Shown here in pieces: positions 43,158-53,509 of a stretch of 64,000 nt of DNA (its first letter is position 1; the number at the start of each line of letters is the position of its first letter). The translations under genes and the position numbers were made by a program. Source of the stretch: Escherichia phage iGC_PHA_EC001. The notes below the pieces were generated by a model. The model saw only the letters and a list, made by a program, of their open reading frames with translations, did no database searches and was not told where the DNA came from. The stretch lies in the sequence record OR437326.1. One strand, written 5' to 3'.

Positions 43158-43637
43158 ATGGAACTCAATAAAGATACACTGTGGGAACTCTTCAAAACCT
43201 TCGCTGGTTTTAAAGAGAATTCTGAATCCCAACAAGATTCTATACCATCTCAAAAACCTGAAACTCTAGTCAAACAAAATAAATTTGATGAAGAAAAGAT
43301 GCAGGTTATTGAGGTCTTGTATTGTCCACCTGAAGAAGACGATCTCCACGGAGAGCGCATGTCTGATTTGGAAATCAGGAAGATGGTTGACAACTTCAAT
43401 GAGAATATTACCAACATTAGTGGTAATCTTGGTCACATGAAGAACACCGATAAGTTTTCTCCAATTAAAGCTTGGGTAAATGAAGTCGATTGTTACATTG
43501 GTGACGAACTCGTTGTGGAAGGAACTCCCCTCGTTAAAATCCAATTCAACGACCCTGAATTATATCAAGCTCGTAAAGACGGCGTTCTTAAAGGTTTGAG
43601 TATAGGCGCAATGGGCGTTAAAGTCAAGAAGGACTAA
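43158..43637 (+). CDS. head morphogenesis protein (function uncertain; possible prohead protease/processing factor)
   Basis: 159 aa between portal and scaffold genes; RBS AAGAGG. Confidence 0.4.
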   Translation: MELNKDTLWELFKTFAGFKENSESQQDSIPSQKPETLVKQNKFDEEKMQVIEVLYCPPEEDDLHGERMSDLEIRKMVDNFNENITNISGNLGHMKNTDKFSPIKAWVNEVDCYIGDELVVEGTPLVKIQFNDPELYQARKDGVLKGLSIGAMGVKVKKD

Positions 43638-43639
43638 TC

Positions 43640-44755
43640 GTGGCAAATACATATTTAACTAATGTAGACTTTTCTGGAAAAGCTACGGAAGAGTCACTAG
43701 GTGCTCATATTGCTTACACTTTTGATTTTCAAGGTGGAGCGGCATCTGGTTATAATACCCCCCTTTTATTTAAGTCAGACGGATCTCCAGACATAACTTT
43801 TGAAAAGTTAGAAGCTCTCACTAAAATGGGAGAAGATGTTACAGAGTTACGTAAAAGCTATATTCAACAAGTGATGGATCGCATTTCTGAAAAAGTGCGT
43901 GAAAAATTTGAAGCTGGTTGGGATTGGGTTTACGTTATTGATGCTGACTTCGATGCGAACGTTGCAATTTTCTGTTCAGATAACGGTATGTTCTCTGTTG
44001 GCTTTAAAGTTGACGGACTGAATGTTGAAGTTGAAGAGGTTGCTAAACCTGTTGTTCGTGTTACTGATTATCAAGTTGTTGATGGTGATGTAATGATCTC
44101 CATTGATTTCTTTGAGGACGTTTTAGACGATGCTTTGAGTAATCTCGTTAAGAGTTCCTTGAAACAAAGTCAAGTTAAAGATTATTTAGTGAAAGCTCAC
44201 GCTAAAGCTAATACAAACTCTGTGGATGCAGAGGCTAACCCCGCAGGTGATAAATCTGCAAACACAACTGGAATCAATAAAGGAGAAACCCCTTTGGAAA
44301 ATATCAACAAAGAAGAATTCCTGAAATCTGCTGAATTCCAAGAACTGATGAAAGCACAGATCGCTGAAGCTGTAGAAAAAGCAGCCGCAGATGCACGTGC
44401 AGCCGCAGAACTTGAAGCACAGGAAAAAATCGCTAAGGCAGAACAGGAAGCAGAAGAACTTCGTAAAGCTGAACAAGCTCGTATCGAAGAAGAATATACA
44501 ACTGTTGTTAAATCCTATTCTTTCGTAGAAGAAGACAAAGTTGAAGCTCTCGTTAAATATCTGGTAGACAATAAAGATATCGCTGAAACTATCGTCAAAG
44601 CATTCGAAAAAGCACGTGCAGAAGTGGACGCAGTTAAGAAAGAATTTGGAACAGAACGTGGTGTTGACGTGATCAATACTCAACCTGTAGCTAAATCTTC
44701 TTCTGAACTGATTAGTCAGAAAGCTGCTGAACTTAAAAAAGCCCAGAAACAATAA
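43640..44755 (+). CDS. scaffolding protein
   Basis: position before decoration and capsid genes; C-terminal Ala/Glu/Lys-rich coiled coil (AAELEAQEKIAKAEQEAEELRKAEQ); GTG start. Confidence 0.55.
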   Translation: MANTYLTNVDFSGKATEESLGAHIAYTFDFQGGAASGYNTPLLFKSDGSPDITFEKLEALTKMGEDVTELRKSYIQQVMDRISEKVREKFEAGWDWVYVIDADFDANVAIFCSDNGMFSVGFKVDGLNVEVEEVAKPVVRVTDYQVVDGDVMISIDFFEDVLDDALSNLVKSSLKQSQVKDYLVKAHAKANTNSVDAEANPAGDKSANTTGINKGETPLENINKEEFLKSAEFQELMKAQIAEAVEKAAADARAAAELEAQEKIAKAEQEAEELRKAEQARIEEEYTTVVKSYSFVEEDKVEALVKYLVDNKDIAETIVKAFEKARAEVDAVKKEFGTERGVDVINTQPVAKSSSELISQKAAELKKAQKQ

Positions 44756-44774
44756 TCTTAGGAGATTAAATTAA

Positions 44775-45173
44775 ATGGCTAAAGGAATTACTTTATCTAA
44801 CTCTCGCCAGGAATTCGGACACCTGGTTCTGGGTGGAGTGTTTAGCTCTGACCTTGGACACTGTGTACGTGAAGTTAACCTGGTTAAAACAGCAACCATG
44901 AAAATTGGTTCTATCCTGAAAGCTGACAACACTGAAGCTGCTAAAGCTGAAGCTGCCGATGCTGCTAAAGTTCTGATTTGGACTGATGCTCTGTTCGGTA
45001 TTGACGATGTAGCAGTAGGTGATACTTTCACCGCAGTTGTTGGCGTACGTGATCTTACTCTGAACCGCTTTGCAGTATACTACAAAGATGGCTCCCTGGT
45101 AGATGACGCTGGCGTAGCAGCACTGGAAACACATGATCTGAAACTGACCGAAAAAGTCGTTTTCACTTCTTAA
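44775..45173 (+). CDS. head decoration protein (lambda gpD-like position)
   Basis: 132 aa immediately upstream of major capsid gene; strong RBS TAGGAGATTAAA. Confidence 0.5.
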   Translation: MAKGITLSNSRQEFGHLVLGGVFSSDLGHCVREVNLVKTATMKIGSILKADNTEAAKAEAADAAKVLIWTDALFGIDDVAVGDTFTAVVGVRDLTLNRFAVYYKDGSLVDDAGVAALETHDLKLTEKVVFTS

Positions 45174-45194
45174 TTTTAATAGGAGATTAATATA

Positions 45195-46196
45195 ATGCCA
45201 GCAGTAATTTTAGATCAGGTTGTAGATTTCAGCCCTATGATCGAACTTCAGGATTCCCCTGATACACTGATTGCCAGCCTGAATCTGTTCAGTGTTGACT
45301 ATCATTCAACTACCGCTATTGAAATCGGTAAAGAAAAAGCTGAAGATGCTCTGATCTCCGCTCGTGAGCGTGGTGGTGAGCGTAACTTCCTGACCATGAA
45401 AAATACAGAACTGAAAGCGTTCCGCATTCCGTTCTTCCCTCTGGATAAAAACATCAAAGCTCAAGATATTCAATCTTTCCGTAGCTTTGCAATGGCAGGA
45501 ATCAATGACTCTCTGCGCACAGACGCTGAAGTTGTTAACCGCTATATGTCCCAGATTCTGCGTGACGTAGCAAAAACCAAAGAGAAAATCTTTGCAGAAG
45601 CAGTTATGGGTCGTGCCTATAACGGCGTAGGTGGTGCAGCTAACTCTGCATACAACTGGTATACCGAATGGGGTGCTACCCAGAAATCTGTTGCTGTAGA
45701 CTTTGCTTCTACCACTGTTTCTCCAGCAGCCACTATCGAACAAGAAGCTCGTGCTTACATCATCGATACTAAACAAGATGGCTCTACCGCTACCCGTATC
45801 GTAGCTCTGTGTTCTCGTGAGTTTTTCGCATCTCTGGTTAACTCTCCATTTGTTCGCCAGGCATATCAGTATTTCCAGGGAACTCCTAACCTTCTGCGTG
45901 ACCGCCTTAGCGGTAACATGGATGTTCAGGTGTTCGAATGGAACGGTGTAACTTACATTGAAGATATCCACGGTAACATCCCTGCTGGTGAAGCATATGT
46001 TCTGCCTATGGGTATCGAAGGTATGTTCCAGGCGCACTACGCTCCTGCGGATACTCCAGAACTGGCTAACACCCAGGCTCGTGAACTGTATACCTTCATG
46101 ATCAGCCAGCACCGCACTATTCAGCTTCAGTCTGAATTCTCGCTGCTCGCAGTTAACACCCGTCCAGAACTGGTAGTTAAACTGACTACGGCTTAA
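45195..46196 (+). CDS. major capsid protein (lambda gpE-like family)
   Basis: 333 aa; LANTQARELYTFMISQH resembles lambda E LGNTQARGLRTYGCIQD; strong RBS; followed by terminator. Confidence 0.75.
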   Translation: MPAVILDQVVDFSPMIELQDSPDTLIASLNLFSVDYHSTTAIEIGKEKAEDALISARERGGERNFLTMKNTELKAFRIPFFPLDKNIKAQDIQSFRSFAMAGINDSLRTDAEVVNRYMSQILRDVAKTKEKIFAEAVMGRAYNGVGGAANSAYNWYTEWGATQKSVAVDFASTTVSPAATIEQEARAYIIDTKQDGSTATRIVALCSREFFASLVNSPFVRQAYQYFQGTPNLLRDRLSGNMDVQVFEWNGVTYIEDIHGNIPAGEAYVLPMGIEGMFQAHYAPADTPELANTQARELYTFMISQHRTIQLQSEFSLLAVNTRPELVVKLTTA

Positions 46197-46216
46197 TAGA
46201 ACTCTGTTAATATTAG

Positions 46217-46248
46217 AGGCTCGTCCGTGATGGGCGAGCCTTTTCTGT
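46217..46248 (+). terminator. rho-independent terminator after capsid gene
   Basis: AGGCTCGTCC GTGATG GGCGAGCC hairpin followed by TTTTCTGTTT. Confidence 0.65.
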
Positions 46249-46280
46249 TTACAATAAGAGTTTACAACGAGGAGATTGAT

Positions 46281-46625
46281 ATGTCAAACCCAGAATTGAA
46301 ACGTTACTTTAGTTATCACGAAATGATTCGTGATTTCGAATCGCTTTCACCACTGATCGATGCTGATAAAACATTAGTATCTGCGCCACCAATGTCTTTC
46401 TATCTGAAAGATGGTCGTATTGCATTAGGTGGAAACTTCATTCACTTCCTCACGCGTTTGAGAGAAGAAACAGGTATTCTTGTGCATCCTTTTGCAAGTG
46501 AAGAACACATGGGTTACTATCTTGTAAGTTACGAAGACTATTCACCTGTAAAAATCAAAGAAGAAGTTTTAAAAGTAGAAGCGGTAGACACTCCAGCTAA
46601 AAAACGTTCCCTTCGTAAAAAATAA
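46281..46625 (+). CDS. hypothetical protein
   Basis: start at MSNPELKRYF after GAGGAG RBS (track ORF starts inside terminator). Confidence 0.45.
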   Translation: MSNPELKRYFSYHEMIRDFESLSPLIDADKTLVSAPPMSFYLKDGRIALGGNFIHFLTRLREETGILVHPFASEEHMGYYLVSYEDYSPVKIKEEVLKVEAVDTPAKKRSLRKK

Positions 46626-46634
46626 GGTGGGCTT

Positions 46635-47183
46635 ATGCTGAATGCGGTAGAGTTGGCACCACTGATCCGAATTCTTGTTTATAACCCTTCTCAAGAAGTA
46701 TTGCCAGATGCAATGCTGATTCAGATCATCCAAACTTGGATTGATATTATAGGGAATGAAGATAAGGATAAGTGTGCAGTATTGTGGAACAGCTTGATTT
46801 CTGTTTTAGAGTATCTATGGAACAACGATGTTCTTAACAACAGTACTCAAACAGGAGGAGCTATGTCCCGCAGAGAAAAGATGGGTGAAGTCGAAGTTGA
46901 AGTTAAATTTAACAACGGTCAAGTAACTTATAAGTCTCCGTGGGAAGATATTTATCATAACTATTTAAATGGTCTTATGGTCATTCCTGGGTGCACGGCA
47001 GGACGAGGAGCAACCAGTAAAGTTCTTATTGGCGGTGTGGATGCTCGTGAGATTGATCGAGTAAACAGCGATCCTAACTCTGTGAATGGTCTTGGTAATG
47101 TTGCAAGTGTTGATCGTAATACACGCAACGTTAATTATTTGCGAAATTACGGACCTGTTTCTTTTTATCGTAGGGACAAATAA
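46635..47183 (+). CDS. putative head-tail joining/completion protein
   Basis: position between capsid and tail genes; 182 aa; function by synteny only. Confidence 0.4.
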   Translation: MLNAVELAPLIRILVYNPSQEVLPDAMLIQIIQTWIDIIGNEDKDKCAVLWNSLISVLEYLWNNDVLNNSTQTGGAMSRREKMGEVEVEVKFNNGQVTYKSPWEDIYHNYLNGLMVIPGCTAGRGATSKVLIGGVDAREIDRVNSDPNSVNGLGNVASVDRNTRNVNYLRNYGPVSFYRRDK

Positions 47184-47671
47184 TGGAAAGTGAGATCTTA
47201 CCAGGTGATGATACAGATTGGGAAACCATTATCAAAAAGATGATGGACCTTGAACAAGTTCAAATCGAAGCTGGTTTTTTAACAAACAAAAGGCATCCTG
47301 AATCAGATCTCACTATTCCTGCAATAGCAGCTATTCAACAATATGGTAATGAAACAAATAACATACCTGCTCGCCCTTTTATAACAGATGGTGCTGTTAT
47401 CTCACAGAACAATATCGCTAAAAAGATGAAGCAGGTGTTTGCAAATTACTTACTGAATAATGTCGGGTTAGCTGTTTTTGAGCCTATAGCGAGAGCCTCT
47501 AGAGAAGGAATAGCTCAAGCGATTGCAATGCAACGTTATCGTCCTTTATCTCCTGTGACAATTAAGATACGACAAGATAAAGGCAACTATTCTAATCATA
47601 TCTTAATAGATACGGCACACATGATAAATGCAATCGAAACAAAAATCACAAAAAGCAAGTCTAAAAAATAA
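47183..47671 (+). CDS. putative head-tail joining/tail completion protein
   Basis: 162 aa; synteny only. Confidence 0.4.
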   Translation: MESEILPGDDTDWETIIKKMMDLEQVQIEAGFLTNKRHPESDLTIPAIAAIQQYGNETNNIPARPFITDGAVISQNNIAKKMKQVFANYLLNNVGLAVFEPIARASREGIAQAIAMQRYRPLSPVTIKIRQDKGNYSNHILIDTAHMINAIETKITKSKSKK

Positions 47672-47672
47672 C

Positions 47673-47701
47673 TTGCATAAACTTTGTTTTTGATGTATAC
47701 T
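47673..47701 (+). promoter_or_regulatory. sigma70-like promoter
   Basis: TTGCAT - 17 nt - TATACT followed by AAGGAG RBS. Confidence 0.45.
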
Positions 47702-47726
47702 AAAAAGGAGATACAAGTGTTACTAG

Positions 47727-48133
47727 ATCAATTTACTCTCCTTGATCTAACTGAATACCAAGGTCGTAGACGAGTCTACAAAGAGGCCGTTGGTTCAGTT
47801 ATTGCTAACTTAGAAAGTAGTGTAGAATATGAACCATTTACTATTGAAGCGGCAAGCTTACAACCGATATCTGGTAAAACACTGAATGCACTACCCGAAG
47901 GTTACAGATCTAAGGCTCAATATAGTTTCTGGACTAAAACAGAAATGAAGGGGTTACAACAAGGAACAGAACAGTTATCAGATCAAATATTGATAGATGG
48001 TAAATGGTATTCTGTTTATTCCCTTAAAGATTGGACCAGAACATCTTTCTTAGTCCATCATCACTGTGTTGCAATATTAGACGATCAAAACAACTCCTGG
48101 TCTTATGGAACAGAAGGAGGAAACTTTGGCTAA
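47727..48133 (+). CDS. hypothetical structural protein
   Basis: GTG start after AAAAGGAGATACAA; track ORF 47684-48133 would begin inside the promoter -10. Confidence 0.45.
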
Positions 48134-48764
48134 TATTTACCAACAAATAGAAGCATACGAAAATGCCATCTACTTAAATATAGGTGGCTTCCTTCAAGAA
48201 TTAGTGGGGTTGCCAGTCTATGTTATGGATAAGCCATTCATTAAACCGGATACTCCTTACCTAGCACTACGTATTATCACTTCCAGCGATTCTGGAGGTT
48301 GGTCTTACCGAAGCTCTATTCAAAATGATATGTATTCCTACGAGATGGATAATACCTACGAGATTGAACTTGTAGCCTATCGTGGAAGACCTACCACTTT
48401 GATGAGCTATGTTCTGGCTGCTCTCCGTGGTGCAGAGGAATTAAAATACAAACATCTCTATTCTAAAGGTCTTGGTTTTTTAGGAGCCTCCAATATAGCT
48501 CAAGCCAATACAATTGTAGACGGAGATAAGACTGAATTAAGAGCGCGTATGGTTATGACGTTCAACACTCGTATGAGTATTGAAGATATTGCTACTACAC
48601 CAATAGAAGCAATCAACATGCACATCCGTTCATTCAGAGATAGTTACAATGATCCTATCCCTTTAGATTTAATTCTAAACAGGGTTTATGCAATTACTTT
48701 GGTTCCAGGCGAATACTCGTCAGTCAATCAAAATGGATCATTATTTAACAACCCTACCGAATAA
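48105..48764 (+). CDS. hypothetical structural protein (start ambiguous: ATG 48105 or TTG 48126 after AAGGAGG)
   Basis: 219-aa ORF overlapping upstream gene. Confidence 0.45.
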   Translation: MEQKEETLANIYQQIEAYENAIYLNIGGFLQELVGLPVYVMDKPFIKPDTPYLALRIITSSDSGGWSYRSSIQNDMYSYEMDNTYEIELVAYRGRPTTLMSYVLAALRGAEELKYKHLYSKGLGFLGASNIAQANTIVDGDKTELRARMVMTFNTRMSIEDIATTPIEAINMHIRSFRDSYNDPIPLDLILNRVYAITLVPGEYSSVNQNGSLFNNPTE

Positions 48765-48798
48765 ACTCATTGGAATTAAGTTTCTAACAGGAGCATAA

Positions 48799-50172
48799 AT
48801 GGCAACTTTTCGTGAAAAGGTAGCAACCGTAACTTTACTGTATGGTGCTACATCAATTCGTGAAACCCAGTTCGATATTCCCCTGATCCTTACAGGTCAG
48901 AACGTAACTGGCGAAGCGATTCAATATTACTCTTCTTCCGATGCACTTTTGGAAGCAGGTTATGGATTAAATGATCCAGCGTATATTATGGCAGTCAAAC
49001 TGTTTAACGGTTTGTTCCCACCAGATCAAGTCATGGTTGGTAAGCGTGAAGTTACAAACTTTACTCTAACTCCAATCGTAGAAGATAGTGCAACTTACAC
49101 AATTACCATCAAAAATGGTACCAAGAAAAAAGAATTTAAATTCATTGCTGATGACACTGCAACTGCACAAGAGATTGTAGTTGGTCTGACTGAAATGATC
49201 AATGCAGATCTTGTTTATGGCCCACTGTTTACAGTAGCTAACAACGGCGCTGCAATGACTTTCACTCCAGTAGAAGGTAAGTTTGGTTCTATTGACAGCA
49301 CAGGTTTCACTCAAGAAACTGTCTATGCTAATGCTATTACGGAAGATATCGCTGCTCTGCATGATATTGATAGTAGCTGGTTCTGGACCCTTTCAGATTC
49401 CCATGAAACAGAAGATGTTCTAGCTTTGGCTGCATGGGTAGAAGAGAATGATAAAGTTTACTTCTTCTCTAGCTCTGAACCTGGAATTAAAACGAAAGCA
49501 GAAGATAACGTTCTGGAACGACTGAATGACCTCGGTTATAATAACACTTGCTTTGCTTTGTGGATGACCGATGCAGATTCTGTATTCCCAGAAGCGGCAG
49601 TTGTTGGTGCAATCTGTTCTCGTCAACCTGGTTTAACTACTCTTCACGGTAAAACACTGGTAGGTGTAGAGATCGAGAAACTGGATCAGACTTCGGAAAA
49701 CAATATTGTTCAACAGAACGGTAACATCTATCGTAAAGAGCATGGAACTCTGTTCTATCGTGATGGATTGATGGTTAGCGGTTTCTTTGTTGACTATGTT
49801 GTTCATGCTTTGTGGTTTAAAGCTCGCACAGAAGAATCACTGTTTACACTGTTTAAACAACAGTCTATGCTGGGTGGCGGTGTTCGTGCTACTTCAAACG
49901 GTCTGGCTTTGATTCGACAAGCTGTTCTGGCTAACCCGATCCAAGTAGGTATCCTCAACGGTTCCATCGCTAATGAAGTTGTTACTTCTGAAGAGACTGG
50001 TTTGCGTGTCGATCTGAAACCTATTGTTTATATTCCTTCTCGTGCCGATATGACTGATGCGCAAATCAATGCTCGTCTGGTAGATGGGATGAAGATTGAA
50101 TATGTTTACGCTGGCTTCTTCCATTACGTTAAAGTTCAGGTCAACGTCCTGACTAACCGTACTGCAAACTAA
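48799..50172 (+). CDS. tail sheath protein
   Basis: 457 aa immediately followed by a 159-aa tube-like gene, each with its own terminator; typical sheath size and order for contractile tails. Confidence 0.7.
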   Translation: MATFREKVATVTLLYGATSIRETQFDIPLILTGQNVTGEAIQYYSSSDALLEAGYGLNDPAYIMAVKLFNGLFPPDQVMVGKREVTNFTLTPIVEDSATYTITIKNGTKKKEFKFIADDTATAQEIVVGLTEMINADLVYGPLFTVANNGAAMTFTPVEGKFGSIDSTGFTQETVYANAITEDIAALHDIDSSWFWTLSDSHETEDVLALAAWVEENDKVYFFSSSEPGIKTKAEDNVLERLNDLGYNNTCFALWMTDADSVFPEAAVVGAICSRQPGLTTLHGKTLVGVEIEKLDQTSENNIVQQNGNIYRKEHGTLFYRDGLMVSGFFVDYVVHALWFKARTEESLFTLFKQQSMLGGGVRATSNGLALIRQAVLANPIQVGILNGSIANEVVTSEETGLRVDLKPIVYIPSRADMTDAQINARLVDGMKIEYVYAGFFHYVKVQVNVLTNRTAN

Positions 50173-50173
50173 T

Positions 50174-50195
50174 ACGGCGGGGGTTAAGCCCCCGT
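50174..50195 (+). terminator. stem-loop/terminator after sheath gene
   Basis: CGGCGGGGG TTAAG CCCCCG hairpin; weak T tract. Confidence 0.45.
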
Positions 50196-50218
50196 TATCA
50201 AAATAAAGAGGATCTATA

Positions 50219-50698
50219 ATGGATAAAATGCTTACTGGCGTAATGGCCTACGACCCATCTCAAGTTATCCTTTCATTAGGTGGTTGGGAACCGTGGGGTT
50301 TTGCGGCTGATACTAAAATCGTTATTGCTAAATCTAACGATATTATCAACCCTTATGCAGGGACTGATGGCGACGTTTCACTAGCTTTGAGTCGTAACCG
50401 TTTGGGAACACTCACAATGTCTTTGCAACGCACATCTCCAGCTAACGAAGTACTTGCAACATATGCACAAACAATGTATTCTACTCGTCAAGTAGCATTC
50501 AGCGTTTACTTGGAAGACCCACGTGGCTATTACATTAGCACGATTGGATGGATTCAAAGTCAGCCTGAAGATACTATTGGCGAAATGATTACAGAGAACC
50601 AATGGGTTATTGGTCTTAAAGATGCAAGCCTTCTGCGTAATGAAGTTGGTGTAGGTTTGAGCACCCTTAACTCAATCTCTGCTCTGACAATTCAATAA
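50219..50698 (+). CDS. tail tube protein
   Basis: 159 aa, follows sheath gene; strong terminator downstream. Confidence 0.65.
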   Translation: MDKMLTGVMAYDPSQVILSLGGWEPWGFAADTKIVIAKSNDIINPYAGTDGDVSLALSRNRLGTLTMSLQRTSPANEVLATYAQTMYSTRQVAFSVYLEDPRGYYISTIGWIQSQPEDTIGEMITENQWVIGLKDASLLRNEVGVGLSTLNSISALTIQ

Positions 50699-50705
50699 TA
50701 AATAA

Positions 50706-50725
50706 AGGGCAGAAATGCCCTTTTT
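50706..50725 (+). terminator. rho-independent terminator after tube gene
   Basis: GGGCA GAAA TGCCC hairpin followed by TTTTT. Confidence 0.7.
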
Positions 50726-50743
50726 ATCATTAGAGAGGAAAAT

Positions 50744-51226
50744 ATGTCACAAGAACAAGATAACACAATTCAAAAATATGCTCGACCAGAAGAAGTAGTT
50801 GAGATTCCGTTAGATGGAAACAGATCTGTTACTTTCCGTATTATGAAGTGGAGTCCATCTAAAGTGTTTGACAGGATTCCAGAATTAGGTAGTGTTCTGG
50901 TTGTTCCTATGACTATGTATAGCACAGCAACAATGTCCGCAGACGAAGACCTTGAGTCGCGTATTGCTATGGCACTGATCCAACTTTTTGCAGGTTTGGA
51001 AGAAAAGAATTTAACTGTCTTTTTGCGTAAAATTTTAGATGAGGTTTATACTCAAGACGGTTATAACGTTGCAGAAAATTTTGATGAATTATTTATGGCT
51101 CACCCAGAACTAGTGTTAGATCTTACTGCTAAAGTTCTGGAGGTAAACTACGGCCCTTTTTTCAAACGAGGTTTCGGAAAACTGTTCACACAGCTTCAGG
51201 CGATGACGAGTTTAGCAGCAAATTAA
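50744..51226 (+). CDS. tail assembly chaperone (gpG-like, unshifted product)
   Basis: 160 aa between tube and tape-measure genes; contains slippery site near 3' end. Confidence 0.55.
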   Translation: MSQEQDNTIQKYARPEEVVEIPLDGNRSVTFRIMKWSPSKVFDRIPELGSVLVVPMTMYSTATMSADEDLESRIAMALIQLFAGLEEKNLTVFLRKILDEVYTQDGYNVAENFDELFMAHPELVLDLTAKVLEVNYGPFFKRGFGKLFTQLQAMTSLAAN

Positions 51227-51492
51227 CACCTGCGATTGAACATGCTATCGACATAGCAACGAAAACCCTTACTTTGAAGTGGTATGAGGTTATTCTTTGC
51301 AAAGTCGTTAAAGATACCTCGGAAACACTGAAAACATTGGATAACTACGGTGTAGATTATCTTTTAAAACTATATGAGTATTTAACATACGAAGAGTATG
51401 TTGAAGCCATGTATGTTAAAGACACTTCAATAAAGAGAAAACATCAAAACCAGACAAATAAAATGTCAGATTTGTTTAAGAAACTTGTTTAA
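50744..51492 (+). CDS. tail assembly chaperone frameshift fusion product (gpGT-like), via -1 shift at 51157-51163
   Basis: inference from frame continuity and conserved G/GT architecture upstream of tape-measure genes. Confidence 0.45.
51157..51163 (+). promoter_or_regulatory. candidate -1 programmed ribosomal frameshift slippery heptamer T TTT TTC
   Basis: heptamer in zero frame of 50744-51226 (cct ttt ttc); -1 frame is open from 51133 to 51492 and contains the track ORF 51274-51492. Confidence 0.5.
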
Positions 51493-51512
51493 TCCAACAC
51501 GAGGAACATACT

Positions 51513-53501
51513 TTGTTAGAAATTAACGCCTCCAGAATTAGTAACGTGGTTACGTTTAAGGTGGACAAGAACAGTCTCAAGGAAGCAAAAGATGCCGTGT
51601 TGAGTGTTCAGAAGTTTGCAAATAAAATGCAACCCACTATGAACATGACCAAGTTTAGACAACAAATGAAAGAGATTGAGCGTGAACTTAAGAAAGCTCA
51701 AACTCAAAGTCAAAAACCTATGCGAGCACCTACTCCCGCTGGAGCGGGTGCTCCTGTAGGCGGATCTGGTAGACCTAGAACTCCTAAAACCCCGCAAGGA
51801 AGAGAAGAAGAAAAAGCTCGTAAAGCTGCTGAACGCGAAGCTAAAGCAGCAGCACGTAGGGAAGATTTAGGTAATCTTCGTTTGCAGAACTTTAACTATC
51901 GAGCAAGAGCATTTAGTAAAGCTAGTCCTGGCGCTATGCAAGAAGCTAGAGACGTTATGGGTAAAGCTGTAGAGCAATACAAAAAGGGTGAAATAACTCT
52001 TCAACGTATGAACCAAGCTCTTGCTCACCAGTTGGATGCTTTACGCAGATCTCATCGTGAAAAGAATGCTGAAATAGAAGACGAGGTTCGCGGTCGTCGC
52101 CGTATTCGTAGAGAGCTAGAAGCAGAAGCTAAAATGCGTATACGTATGCGAAATCGTGAACTTAGAGATATAGAACGCAACCGTAAGCGTGAATTAGCTC
52201 AACAAAAACGTGATCGTGATCGTCGATATGGACAATTAAAAGAAGGTGCAGCAGGTCTTAATCCACGCATGATTGCATCCTCTTTGATCGGTGCTGGACT
52301 GTTTGCAGGTGGTTCTGTAGTTGGTAACACTTTGATGAATACTAACGAAAGAATTAAACTTGTAAGCCGTGGCGCTGAAAACGTTCAGACAAACGCCAAC
52401 TCTATTTTAACGATGACAGCTTGGGGTGAACAGAACGGTGTAGACTCTGCAAATATTATTAAGTCAATAGATAATATTAAAGACGTTCGTGAACGTCTTG
52501 GTAATACAGTTTTAGCCTCAAAATGGAATGAGAAAGAAGGGAAGTGGAAAGGCGGTGATAATGGCATAAATGACATTATGAACTTGTTTGGATGGAATCC
52601 AGAACAGCTTAAACCTTTACAGAACGATCCTTTAGCTTTTATTCAGGCTACTGTTAATGAGGGTGAGCGTCGAGGTATGAACTCTGCTCAAATCGGGCGA
52701 CTTCTTGAAAACCTTGGTGACGACCTTATGCACTACCAACGAATGTTTAGTAAAAACGGCGAAGGATACAATGAAACATTGAAAATGCTTCAAAGAACAG
52801 GTGCAACATTAACTCAAGAACAAATAGACGCTTCTAAAGAGTTTACTCGTTTTGCTGCAACAGTTCAACTTGTAGGTCAAGGTATGCAGAACCATTTCTT
52901 AGAAGGTTTTGTAAAAGCTTTACCTAAAGATGATTCTTGGTTGGATAACGTTAAAGTGCTAGATCAGTTTGCCAAAGATTTAGGTGAAGAACTCGGTAAG
53001 ACAACAGTTCAATTAGGAGGTTTTGCTAAAGAATTGGGAGATGGTTTCGGATCTTTTACCAATTGGCTTAAAGAAACATTCCCAGATACATTCGGAGACA
53101 ACACAGATCCTAATAAATCCCTGGCCCAAAAAGCATACGAGGCAACGCAAAGTGGAGACAGCAATCCTGTAGCAGATTGGTTGTACAATTTAACAGGTAT
53201 TGATACACAAGATATTGGTCGTATGTGGAGAGGAGAACAAACAAGGACACGTGCTTTTGGATTTGGTAATCCTCTTGAAGATTTACGTGAATCAGCCTAT
53301 ACACCTAACGTAAGTTTGGCTCGTAATCAACCTGTTGTTGAGAATACGGTAGCAATACCAAGTGATCTTATCAAAGTTACGATCAGCCCTTCTTCAGAGT
53401 TTGGAAATATTCTTGATGCAAGAATTCAAAATAGCGGAAATAGCATTTTCCAACGTTTATCTCTTTCAACTCTAAGTGGACAATCTAACACTGGTGGTTA
53501 A
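51513..53501 (+). CDS. tail tape measure protein
   Basis: 662 aa; long Arg/Glu/Lys-rich coiled-coil segment, Gly-rich hydrophobic segment (LIGAGLFAGGSVVG); position after chaperones; probable TTG start. Confidence 0.7.
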   Translation: MLEINASRISNVVTFKVDKNSLKEAKDAVLSVQKFANKMQPTMNMTKFRQQMKEIERELKKAQTQSQKPMRAPTPAGAGAPVGGSGRPRTPKTPQGREEEKARKAAEREAKAAARREDLGNLRLQNFNYRARAFSKASPGAMQEARDVMGKAVEQYKKGEITLQRMNQALAHQLDALRRSHREKNAEIEDEVRGRRRIRRELEAEAKMRIRMRNRELRDIERNRKRELAQQKRDRDRRYGQLKEGAAGLNPRMIASSLIGAGLFAGGSVVGNTLMNTNERIKLVSRGAENVQTNANSILTMTAWGEQNGVDSANIIKSIDNIKDVRERLGNTVLASKWNEKEGKWKGGDNGINDIMNLFGWNPEQLKPLQNDPLAFIQATVNEGERRGMNSAQIGRLLENLGDDLMHYQRMFSKNGEGYNETLKMLQRTGATLTQEQIDASKEFTRFAATVQLVGQGMQNHFLEGFVKALPKDDSWLDNVKVLDQFAKDLGEELGKTTVQLGGFAKELGDGFGSFTNWLKETFPDTFGDNTDPNKSLAQKAYEATQSGDSNPVADWLYNLTGIDTQDIGRMWRGEQTRTRAFGFGNPLEDLRESAYTPNVSLARNQPVVENTVAIPSDLIKVTISPSSEFGNILDARIQNSGNSIFQRLSLSTLSGQSNTGG

Positions 53502-53509
53502 TAAAATAC

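Noticed and set aside
44186-44752. 188-aa minus-strand ORF inside the scaffold gene
   Set aside because: Lies entirely antisense to a well-supported plus-strand gene; low-complexity Phe/Cys-rich translation is typical of the reverse complement of a Glu/Lys/Ala-rich coiled-coil gene; no RBS
45306-46112. 268-aa minus-strand ORF inside the major capsid gene
   Set aside because: Antisense to the capsid gene, which has a strong RBS, a terminator and a recognisable protein family; no independent support
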